Source: Candidatus Bathyarchaeota archaeon
Lineage (GTDB): Archaea > Thermoproteota > Bathyarchaeia > TCS64
Reading direction: 5' to 3'
Assembly: GCA_016783455.1 (NCBI GenBank)
Contig: JADHWN010000004.1
Span: forward strand, 27,541-91,540
Length of the DNA: 64,000 bases
The notes below the pieces were generated by a model that saw only the letters and a list, made by a program, of their open reading frames with translations, was not told where the DNA came from and ran no database searches. The position numbers and the translations under genes are program-made. Within the stretch, counting starts at the first letter, position 1; the number at the start of each line of letters is the position of its first letter. Shown here piece by piece: positions 53,246 to 62,957 of this stretch.

Positions 53246-55068
53246 CAGTCATCCCCCTCCAGTTCCAGGGATTGGGACTCGATGAGCCGCCGATATATGA
53301 GGCTGGACCCCATCAGCTCGTCGTGGACCCCGACGGCTGCTATCCTCCCCCCATCCATCACGACCACCCTGTCCGCTGCCTTGCAGGTGGACGCCCTCTG
53401 GGTGATGATCAGGGCCGTGCGCCCCTCCCGGAGGGCGTCTATCGCCTTCCTGATGAGGACCTCGGTCTCCGCGTCGACGTTGGAGGTGGAGTCGTCGAGG
53501 ATGAGGATGCTGGGATCCGTGAGGAGGGTCCTCGCGATGGTGACCCTCTGCCTCTGCCCTCCTGAGAGGGTCAGCCCCCTCTCCCCGACGACAGTGTCAT
53601 AGCCGTTCGGAAGGGAGGTGATGAAATCGTGGATCTGAGCCGCCTCGGCGACCCTGACGACCTCCTCATGTGAGGCCTCCGGCCTTCCGAAGGCGATGTT
53701 GTTCCGTATCGTGTCCGAGAACACGTAGACATCCTGGAGGACGATGCCTATCTGGCTCCTCAGCGACCGTAGGCCGACCTCCCGGACGTCGTAGCCGTCC
53801 ACGGTCACCCTCCCCGCCGTCACGTCGTAGAAGCGGGGCACCAGCTCCGCCAAGGTCGTCTTCCCGGAGCCCACGAAGCCCATCAGCGCCACGCTTTCTC
53901 CAGGGCTTACCTTCAGGGAGACGTCGTTGAGGACCTCGTCCGATGTCTGATACGAGAACGAGACTCCCTCGAAGCTGACCTCCCCCTCTAATCGGCTTAA
54001 CTCTACGGCATTCGGGGCCTCAGGGACGTCCTCGCCGATGTCGATCACCTCGAACACCCGCCTGGCGCTGGCGATGGCGTCCTGATAGAACATGATGAGC
54101 CTGGCGAACATCCTCATAGGCCCCACTAGCTGGTCGAAGTATGTGCCGAATAGGATCATCTCCCCTATCGTGAGCTGTCCAGCTATGACCTTCTGCCCCC
54201 CGTAGTAAATGACCAGGGCCACACCCACCGCGTACGTGGCCACCGCGGAGGGCCTGTAGAGGGACTGGATGGCCGAAGCCTTGAGGCTCGTCTCCACGTA
54301 GCCCCTGTTCTCAACCTCGAACCTGTCAACGAAGGCCTCCCCCTGGCCGTAACTCTTGATGAGCTTATGTGCCACGATGCCCTCCACCAGCACCGAGTTC
54401 AGCTCACCGAACTGGTTCTTCGCCTTAGCAAGGTATCCGCTGATCCTGCCGGAGTAGAGGCGGGTTGAGAGGAAGACGAACGGCAGGGGTATGCTGCAGA
54501 CGACCGCGAGGCCGGGGTCGATGATGTACAGGACGTACAGCGTGAAGAAGAACTGCATCCCGTGTCGGAATATCTCCCGGACCGTCTCCGAGTAGAAGAG
54601 GTCTATCGCCCCCATGTCGCTGGTCATCCGGCTTATTATCTGGCCGGACATCACCTGGTCCAGGTAGCTGAAGGATTTGTGGATCAGTGAGTAGTAGAAG
54701 TCCCTCCGCATCACCCTGAGTATGTTCTGGGACAGTGAGGCCCGCAGGGTGATGTGGATGACGTGGAAAACGCCCCTGATGATGGCCAGGAGCACGATGA
54801 GCGAGCAGAGGAGGATAAGTAGCCCGACCTGGTCGGTGACCCCCGTCAACCCCTTCAGGTACTCCAGGAACCAGTGAGACTTCCCGGGGACGGGAACCAC
54901 GATGTAATCGATGATGAGCATGACGAGCAGAGGCGAGAGGAGGGCGAAGACACCGTGCCGACCGAACGCCGTTATCACGATCCCGAAGAAGGTGGGTAGG
55001 AAGGGTTTCATGTAGCCCAGGAGGCGCTTGGTCAGGTCCCAGCTGGAAACTTCGTATTCAACGTCCAC
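53245..55068 (-). CDS. ABC exporter, fused TMD-NBD half-transporter (subunit 1)
   Basis: 607 aa with GFVGSGKTT, LSGGQRQRV and ILILDDSTS. Confidence 0.9.
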   Translation of the reverse strand: MDVEYEVSSWDLTKRLLGYMKPFLPTFFGIVITAFGRHGVFALLSPLLVMLIIDYIVVPVPGKSHWFLEYLKGLTGVTDQVGLLILLCSLIVLLAIIRGVFHVIHITLRASLSQNILRVMRRDFYYSLIHKSFSYLDQVMSGQIISRMTSDMGAIDLFYSETVREIFRHGMQFFFTLYVLYIIDPGLAVVCSIPLPFVFLSTRLYSGRISGYLAKAKNQFGELNSVLVEGIVAHKLIKSYGQGEAFVDRFEVENRGYVETSLKASAIQSLYRPSAVATYAVGVALVIYYGGQKVIAGQLTIGEMILFGTYFDQLVGPMRMFARLIMFYQDAIASARRVFEVIDIGEDVPEAPNAVELSRLEGEVSFEGVSFSYQTSDEVLNDVSLKVSPGESVALMGFVGSGKTTLAELVPRFYDVTAGRVTVDGYDVREVGLRSLRSQIGIVLQDVYVFSDTIRNNIAFGRPEASHEEVVRVAEAAQIHDFITSLPNGYDTVVGERGLTLSGGQRQRVTIARTLLTDPSILILDDSTSNVDAETEVLIRKAIDALREGRTALIITQRASTCKAADRVVVMDGGRIAAVGVHDELMGSSLIYRRLIESQSLELEGDD

Positions 55069-55222
55069 TAGATCGCCTTCTATAGCCTAACAAGGGCTTC
55101 GGCGATCCATACTAGGGAAAGAGAAGGATAAAAAATGGAGTAGTACTCGCACATGGCTTCGAAGTTGAATCTGGAGCTGGAGATGTGCGAACCAGGCCTC
55201 GTGGACCTGTTCTCCCACGCGC

Positions 55223-55606
55223 TCAGAGCTTGGTAGCCCAGTGACCGTGGAGGTTGCAGTACTCCCTGGCCTGCTTCACCCTGTCCTTCGTCGTGAAGAC
55301 TGCGACTGGCTTCTCACCCGGCTTCAGGAACTTGCGTATCGTCCCCTTGTCGGTGTCCAGGGCGATCCACTCGATCCAGTGGTTCTCTATCATCGGGTGC
55401 TCGACGCTCCCCACATTCACGATGTAGGTCTCTCCGTCCGCCTCGACGACGGGGAGGTGCTTCTCATAGCCTCCGGCCTCTGTGTACTTGGGCTCCATGG
55501 CTACCATGGGCTGCCCGCAGCAGACGAGCTGGCCGGCCCCGGCGTGAAGGACCTCAACGATGTTTCCACAAGTGTCACACTTCCAGACCTGTTTTCTTTC
55601 AGTCAA
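55223..55606 (-). CDS. dfx: desulfoferrodoxin (2Fe superoxide reductase)
   Basis: 127 aa with the desulforedoxin-like CDTCGNIVEV..CCGQPM, then EKHLPV, HPMIENHWIEWI and CNLHGHW. TTG start. Confidence 0.9.
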   Translation of the reverse strand: MTERKQVWKCDTCGNIVEVLHAGAGQLVCCGQPMVAMEPKYTEAGGYEKHLPVVEADGETYIVNVGSVEHPMIENHWIEWIALDTDKGTIRKFLKPGEKPVAVFTTKDRVKQAREYCNLHGHWATKL

Positions 55607-55717
55607 TTCTTATCACTTGAAAATCTGAAGCGTCGAATATAATCATTCGTACTCCCCAAGGGGTGCGTTAATGCACTAGTGTAGGCTTTCACCGGGAGAG
55701 GGGTTAGGGTCCCGATG

Positions 55718-56032
55718 TCACTCCATGCGCTCCAGCTTGAAAATCACTGGACGGAGCCCATCGGTGCAGCAGGTGATGGTCGTGCCCTTCTCCTTGAGCC
55801 AGGGCATGTTGCCGCCGAACATCATCGTCCTGACGTTGCCCACTATCGCCACCCAGGCAGGGGGGCAGAAGCCCTCCGGCATGTCGAGGCCTTTCACGAT
55901 GAACTCCTGGCCGTCCTCAACCCTATCGCAGGCTTTCACACCCCTCACGTGGGTCACGGGCATCTCGTCGAAGAGCTCCGATGGGTCGAGGCGCCTGAGG
56001 ACTGTGATCTTAACATTCGGCATGCTTGACAT
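55718..56032 (-). CDS. small Cys-rich TIGR04076-like protein
   Basis: VKITVLRR.., EGFCPPAW, FGGNMPW and CCTDGLRPVIFKLERME. The start may instead be the ATG at 56023. Confidence 0.65.
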   Translation of the reverse strand: MSSMPNVKITVLRRLDPSELFDEMPVTHVRGVKACDRVEDGQEFIVKGLDMPEGFCPPAWVAIVGNVRTMMFGGNMPWLKEKGTTITCCTDGLRPVIFKLERME

Positions 56033-56150
56033 ATAGACCAGCTTATTAGACTCCTTTGCTTATTAATCATTAACGAATCGAGTTATCTTCGTCCTTAACG
56101 AGCTCAGTTATTATCTTGGTTTATAAACGACAATTGCTTAATCGGTAGGG

Positions 56151-57047
56151 ATGCCTCCATCGGTATTAACCAGCTTCGGCCTTTACGCCAGCATGATGAT
56201 CATACTGAGCATAGGCTTCACGCTGACCCATATGATGGAGAAGTTTCCCAACTTCGCTCACACCTCCTACGCCACGATAGGTACAGCCGTAGTCTTCACG
56301 TTCACCCGTATCTTGGGCTTCAATCCCTACGTCTCTTGGCCCTTCGCCGCCATTTTAAGCGGCCTAGTGGGGATCGTCCTCTTCCTCCTCGCGGTACGCC
56401 CACTTCAACAGATAGGGGCGAGCAGGATCAAGTTGACGTTTATCATGATCGCCCTCTCCTATCTCATTAACTCAACCCTCGCGATGTTCTCCTGGTGGGT
56501 GCTCAAAACTTTTCGGTTCAGCTCAGCCTCCTTCATGTTGAGAGGGTATGACTTCCAATTCCTGGGGCTCCCGGGTATAACGTTCGTGGCTCCCATAACG
56601 TCACTGTTTCTCGTAATCGTCCTCCACTTCTTCCTCACGAGGACCAGGTTCGGCATCGCCATGAGGGCCACGGTGGAGAACCCTACTCTGGCCACCAGCT
56701 TGGGTGTCAACACATTTCATGTTCACTTGGCCTCGTGGTTCCTCACCGGGTCCTTGGCGGGGATAGCGGGGGCTGCCATCCCCATGTGGCGACCCACATC
56801 CGTGAGCGGCTCCGACGAGCTCATGATGACAGTCATTGCCGGGAGCGTCCTGGGGGGCCTCGATAACATCTACGGCGCCATAATCGGTGGTTTCACGCTC
56901 GCCTTCTCCCAGGTGATCCTGCCTTCCCTGCTCATGCGTTCCTTGGGCATCTGGGTCGCGGGTTACATACCCATGTTCCCATTGATAATTATCTTCTCCA
57001 TCCTCTGGTTCAAGACTGAGGGGATAACCTCCATCTTCAAGACATAA
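56151..57047 (+). CDS. branched-chain amino acid ABC transporter permease (LivH-like), orphan
   Basis: 298 aa with a LivH-like helix pattern and the GLDNIYGAIIGG motif near the C-terminus. No partner genes are adjacent. Confidence 0.7.
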   Translation: MPPSVLTSFGLYASMMIILSIGFTLTHMMEKFPNFAHTSYATIGTAVVFTFTRILGFNPYVSWPFAAILSGLVGIVLFLLAVRPLQQIGASRIKLTFIMIALSYLINSTLAMFSWWVLKTFRFSSASFMLRGYDFQFLGLPGITFVAPITSLFLVIVLHFFLTRTRFGIAMRATVENPTLATSLGVNTFHVHLASWFLTGSLAGIAGAAIPMWRPTSVSGSDELMMTVIAGSVLGGLDNIYGAIIGGFTLAFSQVILPSLLMRSLGIWVAGYIPMFPLIIIFSILWFKTEGITSIFKT

Positions 57048-57108
57048 CAGATTAAGATCTGACTCGAAGAGGCCTAGTGACTTCTAAGAACCTGTCGTTC
57101 TGCAAGCC

Positions 57109-57120
57109 GTTTAAATTAAG
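57109..57120 (+). promoter_or_regulatory. TATA-like box GTTTAAATTAAG upstream of the XPD-like gene
   Basis: Lies about 30-40 nt upstream of the ATG at 57149. Confidence 0.35.
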
Positions 57121-57148
57121 GATCCGAGTCTAGTCTAAGGTAACTCCG

Positions 57149-59098
57149 ATGCCCTCCACCATTAACTGCCCCCGCTGCGAGCGCCAGCATACCATCGAGG
57201 AGTACGAGGCCGACCGATTCTGCCGGACATGCGGGGCCCACCTCCAGCTGGGGCGCAGGACAGTACGGAGGCGGAGGGGGGCCGGATGGCGGGGTTTGTT
57301 CCCGTATGTGCCGTACGGACCCCAGGAGGAGTTCATGGACGACGTGGAGCGCGTCGTCTGCAGCGGGAGCGTGCTCATCGCTGAGGCCTGCAACGGCTTC
57401 GGGAAGACGGCCGCAGTCCTATCCAGCCTTCTCTCGGCGGAGCGCCCCATCATCTACGCCACAAGGACCCACGAGCAGGTCAGGCAGGTCCTTGCGGAGG
57501 TCTCCACCATCAACGAGAGGTCGGGGGAGAGGTTCACAGCCGTCAACCTGGCCAGCCGGCAGCACCTCTGCCTGAACCCCGAGTGCCGTGACCTCCCCCG
57601 GAGGGACTCCCAGGAGCTCTGCAGAGCCCTCAGGGAGCAGGGCGAGTGCCCCTGGAACGCCGACGTGCAGGAGCTCCCCCGTGGCCTGCCCCCCGTGCTG
57701 ACCCAGAAGAGCCTACTGATGGCAAGCCGGCGCGCGAACGTCTGCCCGTACTACCTCGCCAGAAAGGTCTCCAAGACATGCAGGATCGTGGTCGTGCCCT
57801 ACCCATACGTCTTCAACGACAGGGTGAGGTCGGGCGTGGGCCTGGAGCTGCTGGGGCGTACCCTCGTCTGCGATGAGGGGCACAACCTGGACAAGGTGGG
57901 CCAGGATAACATGAGCGACACCCTCTCCGAGGTCGTCCTCAACATCGCGTCGGAGGAGCTCAAGGCCATCAAGACGTCGACGAGGCACATGCAGACCCTG
58001 GCAAGACACCTCCGGGAGCAGACCACCGAGAAGCCGACGCTGAAGAGGGCCGAGACCCTCCAAAGGGAACTGGAGCTGGCCCTCAACTCCGGCCTCTACG
58101 ACTTCTTGGACAACTACGAGGAGGCCGTGGAGAAGATCCGAAACCTGAAGAAGACCCTTGGCGACCCACCTGTCAGCTACCTCAACGGGGTCATGACGTT
58201 CCTGGAGCTCGTCGCCAAAAGCAGCAAGGACAAGTATATGGCCCTATACCACAGGGATCGCAGGGGCGTCAACACCCTCGACTACAGGTGCCTGGACCCC
58301 GCCCTGGCGATCAAGCCCATCGTCGAGGAGGCCAAGGGGGCGATGATAATGTCCGGCACCCTCTCACCCCTTGACCTCTTCGCGGAGATCATCGGCCTCG
58401 GGGACGCCGTGAAGAAGGCGTATCCCCCGATCCAGAACACCGAGAAGATAAGGACCGTCATAGACCCAACCGTCACCTCGACCTTCCGGGAGAGGAGCGA
58501 CGAGATGATCCTACGCATCGGGAGGAGCATCGCCTCGGAGATTGAAGGGGTCCCCCACGGCGCCCTCATCTTCTTCCCCCAGAAGAGGTTCATGCACACC
58601 TGCCTCGACGCATGGGGCGTAAACGGCGTCATCAAAACGAGCCGCGGCAGGCTACAGCTGGGAGGGAAGAGCCTCTACATCGAGGGGAGCAGCGCCAGCT
58701 CCAACGCGGACGTTGTGGTGAGGTACAAGCGTTCGGCTGTCTCGGGGAAGGGGGCCGTGCTATGCTGTGTCTTCAGGGGGCGCAACTCGGAGGGGTCCAA
58801 CTTCCCCGACCGCCAGGCACGGGGCATCTTCCTTGTGGGTGTCCCCTACGCCAACTATGGTGACCCCCTGGTGAGGGCGCAGATAAACTACTACGACAGG
58901 CGTGATGCGGGGATGGGCCAGAGGTGGTACACGATGGACGCCTTCCGGGCGGCGAATCAGGCCATCGGGAGGGGGATAAGGGGCAAGGAGGACTGGTGCC
59001 ATTACTGGCTCCTCGACAGGAGGTACGCTAATAACGTGGACCTGATCTCAGCATGGGCGGTCGGGGATGGCCCCGAGGTCCTGGGGTCGGAGGCCTAG
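57149..59098 (+). CDS. XPD/Rad3-family Fe-S DNA helicase with an extra N-terminal zinc ribbon
   Basis: CPRC..CRTC ribbon, FPYVPYGPQEEF, Walker A NGFGKTA, an Fe-S Cys cluster (CLNPEC..C..C..CPYY), a DEGH box and the C-terminal IGRGIR. Confidence 0.8.
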   Translation: MPSTINCPRCERQHTIEEYEADRFCRTCGAHLQLGRRTVRRRRGAGWRGLFPYVPYGPQEEFMDDVERVVCSGSVLIAEACNGFGKTAAVLSSLLSAERPIIYATRTHEQVRQVLAEVSTINERSGERFTAVNLASRQHLCLNPECRDLPRRDSQELCRALREQGECPWNADVQELPRGLPPVLTQKSLLMASRRANVCPYYLARKVSKTCRIVVVPYPYVFNDRVRSGVGLELLGRTLVCDEGHNLDKVGQDNMSDTLSEVVLNIASEELKAIKTSTRHMQTLARHLREQTTEKPTLKRAETLQRELELALNSGLYDFLDNYEEAVEKIRNLKKTLGDPPVSYLNGVMTFLELVAKSSKDKYMALYHRDRRGVNTLDYRCLDPALAIKPIVEEAKGAMIMSGTLSPLDLFAEIIGLGDAVKKAYPPIQNTEKIRTVIDPTVTSTFRERSDEMILRIGRSIASEIEGVPHGALIFFPQKRFMHTCLDAWGVNGVIKTSRGRLQLGGKSLYIEGSSASSNADVVVRYKRSAVSGKGAVLCCVFRGRNSEGSNFPDRQARGIFLVGVPYANYGDPLVRAQINYYDRRDAGMGQRWYTMDAFRAANQAIGRGIRGKEDWCHYWLLDRRYANNVDLISAWAVGDGPEVLGSEA

Positions 59099-61365
59099 TC
59101 TTCCGGCCAGATGACGTCCTGTAGCTGGAGGATCCTCTGCTCCTCGTCCATGAAGGTGCCGTTGATGTACAGGTAGCTCGTGCTCTCGGACCTCACCAGC
59201 CCCGCCTCCGTGGAGACCCAGACGTACTGGTTCGTGACGGTCGTCCAGTTTTCACCAAGCCTGTTCAGCTCGTCCAAGTCGGTGATGTGAACCTTGGCGC
59301 ACTGGTATGTCTCATCCCTCGTCACAAGGGTCTCGAATCCCACGACCTCACCGGTCTCCAGGAGGATCCCCGTCATCTCGACGTCGTATACGGTGAGGTT
59401 GTACCCAACCCTGAGGGACCACGCCTTCCCCTCCGTGAGGGGATAGTCCCAGTCGGGGAGGGGGCTGTGGTATGTCAGGCTCACGTTGCCGTACTCCCAG
59501 CTCAGCAGCTCCCCCTCCTCGTTGTAGTGGAACGTGGTCACGCGGTCGGGGCGCTCGACCACGGTCACGTCCTTGGCCGTCCTCAGCCACCAGACGCTCT
59601 CCTCCTCGCCGTTCACCGTCTCGTAGTAGAGCTTCATGGTGCCCACGGGCAGGTCGGGCTCCGTGATGTTGTACTCCGGCTCATCGGGCTCCTCCACGAG
59701 GGGGATCCAGATGGAGGAGATCTCCCCGGCGAGGTTGAGGACCAGCCCGTGGTTGTCCTCGACGTAGGCGTAAGGCTCCATCATGAATGAGAGGTCGCCG
59801 AAGGCGGCGACGGTGCCGTTCCCCTTGGTGATCACCGAGATGGGGGCGTAGACGCCTGCCCTCTCGGCCACCGATGAGTAGGTGTCAGAGGTGGTCCAGG
59901 CGGAGTCGCTGTCCGTGGAGTGGAGGTAGGTCGACGTGAAGAGCACCATGGAGTCGAGTCCCCTGGTCAGGTTGTTGTCGCCGAACTCCCGGAGGTAGAT
60001 GTTCCTGTAAAGGCCGTAGTTCTCCTCCATGTTGTAGAGGTAGCCCTTCCCGAAGGAGAGGCCCCACCTGTGCGCCAGGGAGTTTATGGAGCCCAGCGGG
60101 GAGCTAGCCTGCGAGTACTCGGCGGCGGGGTCGTAGAACAACAGGAGCATCCGCCCCTGATTCACGAAGTCATCTATGGCGCGGAACTCCTCCAGGGAGT
60201 AATCTTGGGTGGGCGCAGCGACGATGAGGCAGGAAGAGGCGTCCAGGGCACCCTCGACCTCCTCCCATGTGTCCCCGTAGCCGAGGTACACCCCTCTCAT
60301 CGCCAGCTCGGCGGAGAGGAGGTCGAAGACCCAGGAGGATACGCCGTTCCCATGGGATAGGTCTACTATGACCTGCCCCCTGGTGAAGACTGTCTCAGTA
60401 TCGCCGTCTGCTGTGGAGACAGTCGAGACCTGTGAGGCCTGGTACGCCATGGGGGGCAGGTAGAGGTAGTAGACGGCGGGGGGCGGGTTCAGCTCGTTGA
60501 GGGTTGCGAGGGTCAGGTCCCTCCAGTTGACCGCTGTCCCGTTGAAATTTGTCTCGAGTCCATCGGCCTCGCCCCTTGCCTTGATGTCCACGACCTCGTA
60601 CTCCTCAAGCCCCGCAAGGGACGCCGCGTGGTCCAAGGCAGTCTGGAAACCCCCCAGGGCGTCGGCGAGACCGGCGTCCACTGCCTCTGTACCCATGTAG
60701 ACCTTACCCTCCTTGAGCTCAAGCTGGGAGATAATGAGGCGGTCGCCTCGTCCCTCCCCAACCGCTCCGGCGAAGCTGTCGAGGGCCGTGCTGAGGTTGA
60801 AGGGGAAGTTGAGGGTGGAGAAGCCCGTGACCTTGTAGGGGCCCGTCTCGAGGTTGAGCTCCGAGGGCATGAGGGTCTGGGGCCCCGTACCCAGCACGCC
60901 GACGTTCCCCACCATGGACGAGGGATGGGTGTAGATGTACTCCGCCCCAACGGCGATGTAATATCCCCCGGAGAGGGCCGTGACGACGGAGGCGACCACG
61001 GGCTTCTCCTTTCTGAGCTCGAGGACGTCCAGGTAGATCTGCTCCACGAGCTGGGCGTAGCCCCCCGGTGAGTCGATCCTGAGCACCACTGCCTTCAGGC
61101 TGGAGTTGGAGATTGCCTCGTTGATCGCTTTGGTGACACTCCCGGTCCCCTCGCTAGATGTGATGGACCCTTCGATGTATATCACTCCAACGAGGTTCCC
61201 GTCCGTGGGCTCTCCATCATCAGTCGCCGGCGCCAGCTGGGACTTGAAATACAGGTATCCGACGCTTGCGCCGAAGACGACGCACGCGAGCGCCATGACT
61301 ATTATCAACCTATTGGTGAGGTTCAGCCTTTCTCCTAACATCTTCAGACCTCGATCTGACTGCAT
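59095..61365 (-). CDS. signal-peptide-peptidase (SppA, S49) domain fused to a large extracytoplasmic region (DUF4350-like plus a beta-rich domain)
   Basis: N-terminal TM segment, LRIDSPGG and ALSGGYYIA. This is followed by VIVDLSHGN... and about 450 further residues. Confidence 0.7.
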   Translation of the reverse strand: MQSDRGLKMLGERLNLTNRLIIVMALACVVFGASVGYLYFKSQLAPATDDGEPTDGNLVGVIYIEGSITSSEGTGSVTKAINEAISNSSLKAVVLRIDSPGGYAQLVEQIYLDVLELRKEKPVVASVVTALSGGYYIAVGAEYIYTHPSSMVGNVGVLGTGPQTLMPSELNLETGPYKVTGFSTLNFPFNLSTALDSFAGAVGEGRGDRLIISQLELKEGKVYMGTEAVDAGLADALGGFQTALDHAASLAGLEEYEVVDIKARGEADGLETNFNGTAVNWRDLTLATLNELNPPPAVYYLYLPPMAYQASQVSTVSTADGDTETVFTRGQVIVDLSHGNGVSSWVFDLLSAELAMRGVYLGYGDTWEEVEGALDASSCLIVAAPTQDYSLEEFRAIDDFVNQGRMLLLFYDPAAEYSQASSPLGSINSLAHRWGLSFGKGYLYNMEENYGLYRNIYLREFGDNNLTRGLDSMVLFTSTYLHSTDSDSAWTTSDTYSSVAERAGVYAPISVITKGNGTVAAFGDLSFMMEPYAYVEDNHGLVLNLAGEISSIWIPLVEEPDEPEYNITEPDLPVGTMKLYYETVNGEEESVWWLRTAKDVTVVERPDRVTTFHYNEEGELLSWEYGNVSLTYHSPLPDWDYPLTEGKAWSLRVGYNLTVYDVEMTGILLETGEVVGFETLVTRDETYQCAKVHITDLDELNRLGENWTTVTNQYVWVSTEAGLVRSESTSYLYINGTFMDEEQRILQLQDVIWPED

Positions 61366-61413
61366 CTATTAACCATGCGGGTTCGTTTAAGTTATTCACT
61401 CGGTGGCGGTCTC

Positions 61414-62640
61414 TCACAGGAGGTTTTTGAGCACCTCGCCCCCCTTCATGACCAGCTTTATGTTCTCCTTCTCCTGGAGGCTCTTGATGTCATCCAGCGG
61501 GTTCACCCCGACGGCTATGATGTCCGCTAGCTTACCGGGCTCAATGGTTCCAAGGGTCTCCTCCTTCCCCATCACCTTTGCCCCGTTGAGGGTGCCGATC
61601 CTTATCGCCTCCATGGGGGTTACGCCTACCCCCTCGACGTAGAGCTCCAGCTCCAGGGCGCTCCCTCCGAAGGGCATCATGCCCCCCATTGTGTCTGTCC
61701 CCACTGCGAGGGTGAGCCCGGCGTCGTGGAGCCTCCTGATGTCGTCGAAGAGCGTCGCGGCCATTCCCGAGATCTGGCTCCCTGACTCCTCGCTCCTTTT
61801 AACCATCCTGTGGTAGACCGCCATCGTCGGGACCACGTATGTCCCGTTTTCCTTCATGAGCTTCACGGAGGCATCGTCGGCCATGTTGCCGTGGGTGATG
61901 ATGTCCACGCCGGCGGTGACCGACCTCCTGATGGCCTCCGGGTTGTAGCAGTGGACCATGACCCTCCTGCGCCAGCTGTGGGCGATGTGGACCATGGCCT
62001 TGAGCTCCTCGTAGGTGTACTCGGGCACCCAGGCGGGGTCGATCGTGGCTCCGCCGCCTCCGCTCGTGCAGATCTTGATGAAGTCCACCCCCTCTCTCAG
62101 CTGCTCTCTGACAGCCCTCATGCACTCGTCGACGCCGTCGGCTATCCTCCCGTCCATCCCCCAGCCGAAGGGCCTCCCCTCCTTCACCCACTCGAGGGGC
62201 ATGGACTGAGCGTCTCCGTGTCCCCCGGTCACCGAGATGTATCTCCTGGAGGACATCACCCTCGGCCCCTCCACGATCCCCTCGTTGACAGCGTTTCTCA
62301 CATGGAATCCGATGAGCCCCCCTGTGTCCATAACCGACGTGAAACCGGAGTCCAACAGCTGACGAGTCTGCTGAAGCGCGGCTCTGATCAGCCGGACCTC
62401 GAAGCGCTCCTGGAAGTTTCTGAGGATGCCCGCTGAGCCGGAGAAGTGGACGTGGCAGTCCACCATCCCTGGCATCAGGACGAGCCCGGAGGCGTCGATG
62501 ACCTCTGCACCCTCGGGGGTTGACGTGTCGCCAGATTGGACCTTGACGATCTTGTCACCCTCTATCAGTACAACGGGATCGTCGATGACCCCGTTGGCGT
62601 CCACAAGTGTTCCGCCCTTAATTGCTTTCATCGTCATCAA
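61414..62640 (-). CDS. amidohydrolase-superfamily metal-dependent hydrolase (COG1228-like)
   Basis: 408 aa with MPGMVDCHVHFSG (HxH), a later HCY and HGN, and GTD. Confidence 0.75.
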   Translation of the reverse strand: MMTMKAIKGGTLVDANGVIDDPVVLIEGDKIVKVQSGDTSTPEGAEVIDASGLVLMPGMVDCHVHFSGSAGILRNFQERFEVRLIRAALQQTRQLLDSGFTSVMDTGGLIGFHVRNAVNEGIVEGPRVMSSRRYISVTGGHGDAQSMPLEWVKEGRPFGWGMDGRIADGVDECMRAVREQLREGVDFIKICTSGGGGATIDPAWVPEYTYEELKAMVHIAHSWRRRVMVHCYNPEAIRRSVTAGVDIITHGNMADDASVKLMKENGTYVVPTMAVYHRMVKRSEESGSQISGMAATLFDDIRRLHDAGLTLAVGTDTMGGMMPFGGSALELELYVEGVGVTPMEAIRIGTLNGAKVMGKEETLGTIEPGKLADIIAVGVNPLDDIKSLQEKENIKLVMKGGEVLKNLL

Positions 62641-62957
62641 TAGTTCGATCTCTCTCCTAGTAAAATAGATTTTTCAATTCATTTCGAGATGCGTAGAGCC
62701 TCAGTTAGTCGCATTGTCTATCTAAATACCTTGTATGGGAGGTATTCACGTATTTGACTGTCAAGAAAGCCCTGCTCCTGGGAGATCCATACGATAAGTT
62801 CAGCGATGGCTTCTCGGAGCTCCTCCAGCATGAGATTCATCACCTCCGGGAGGTCGTCGCTATGGATCACCTTCAGGGTCTCGAGAGCATAGCTATGAGG
62901 TCCGAGTGGGAGAAGAGGTACAGTAGTAGATTATAGATCAGTCGAATCCTATATTTT

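Noticed and set aside
62700-62940. Two mutually antisense small ORFs between the amidohydrolase and HMGR-like genes. One is the plus-strand 60-aa ORF at 62754-62936 with a TTG start. The other is a minus-strand ORF of about 49 aa from a GTG (..VIHSDDLPEVMNLMLEELREAIAELIVWISQEQGFLDSQIREYLPYKVFR).
   Set aside because: I cannot decide which of the two, if either, is real. Neither encodes the missing HMGR flap, and neither has a recognisable family.
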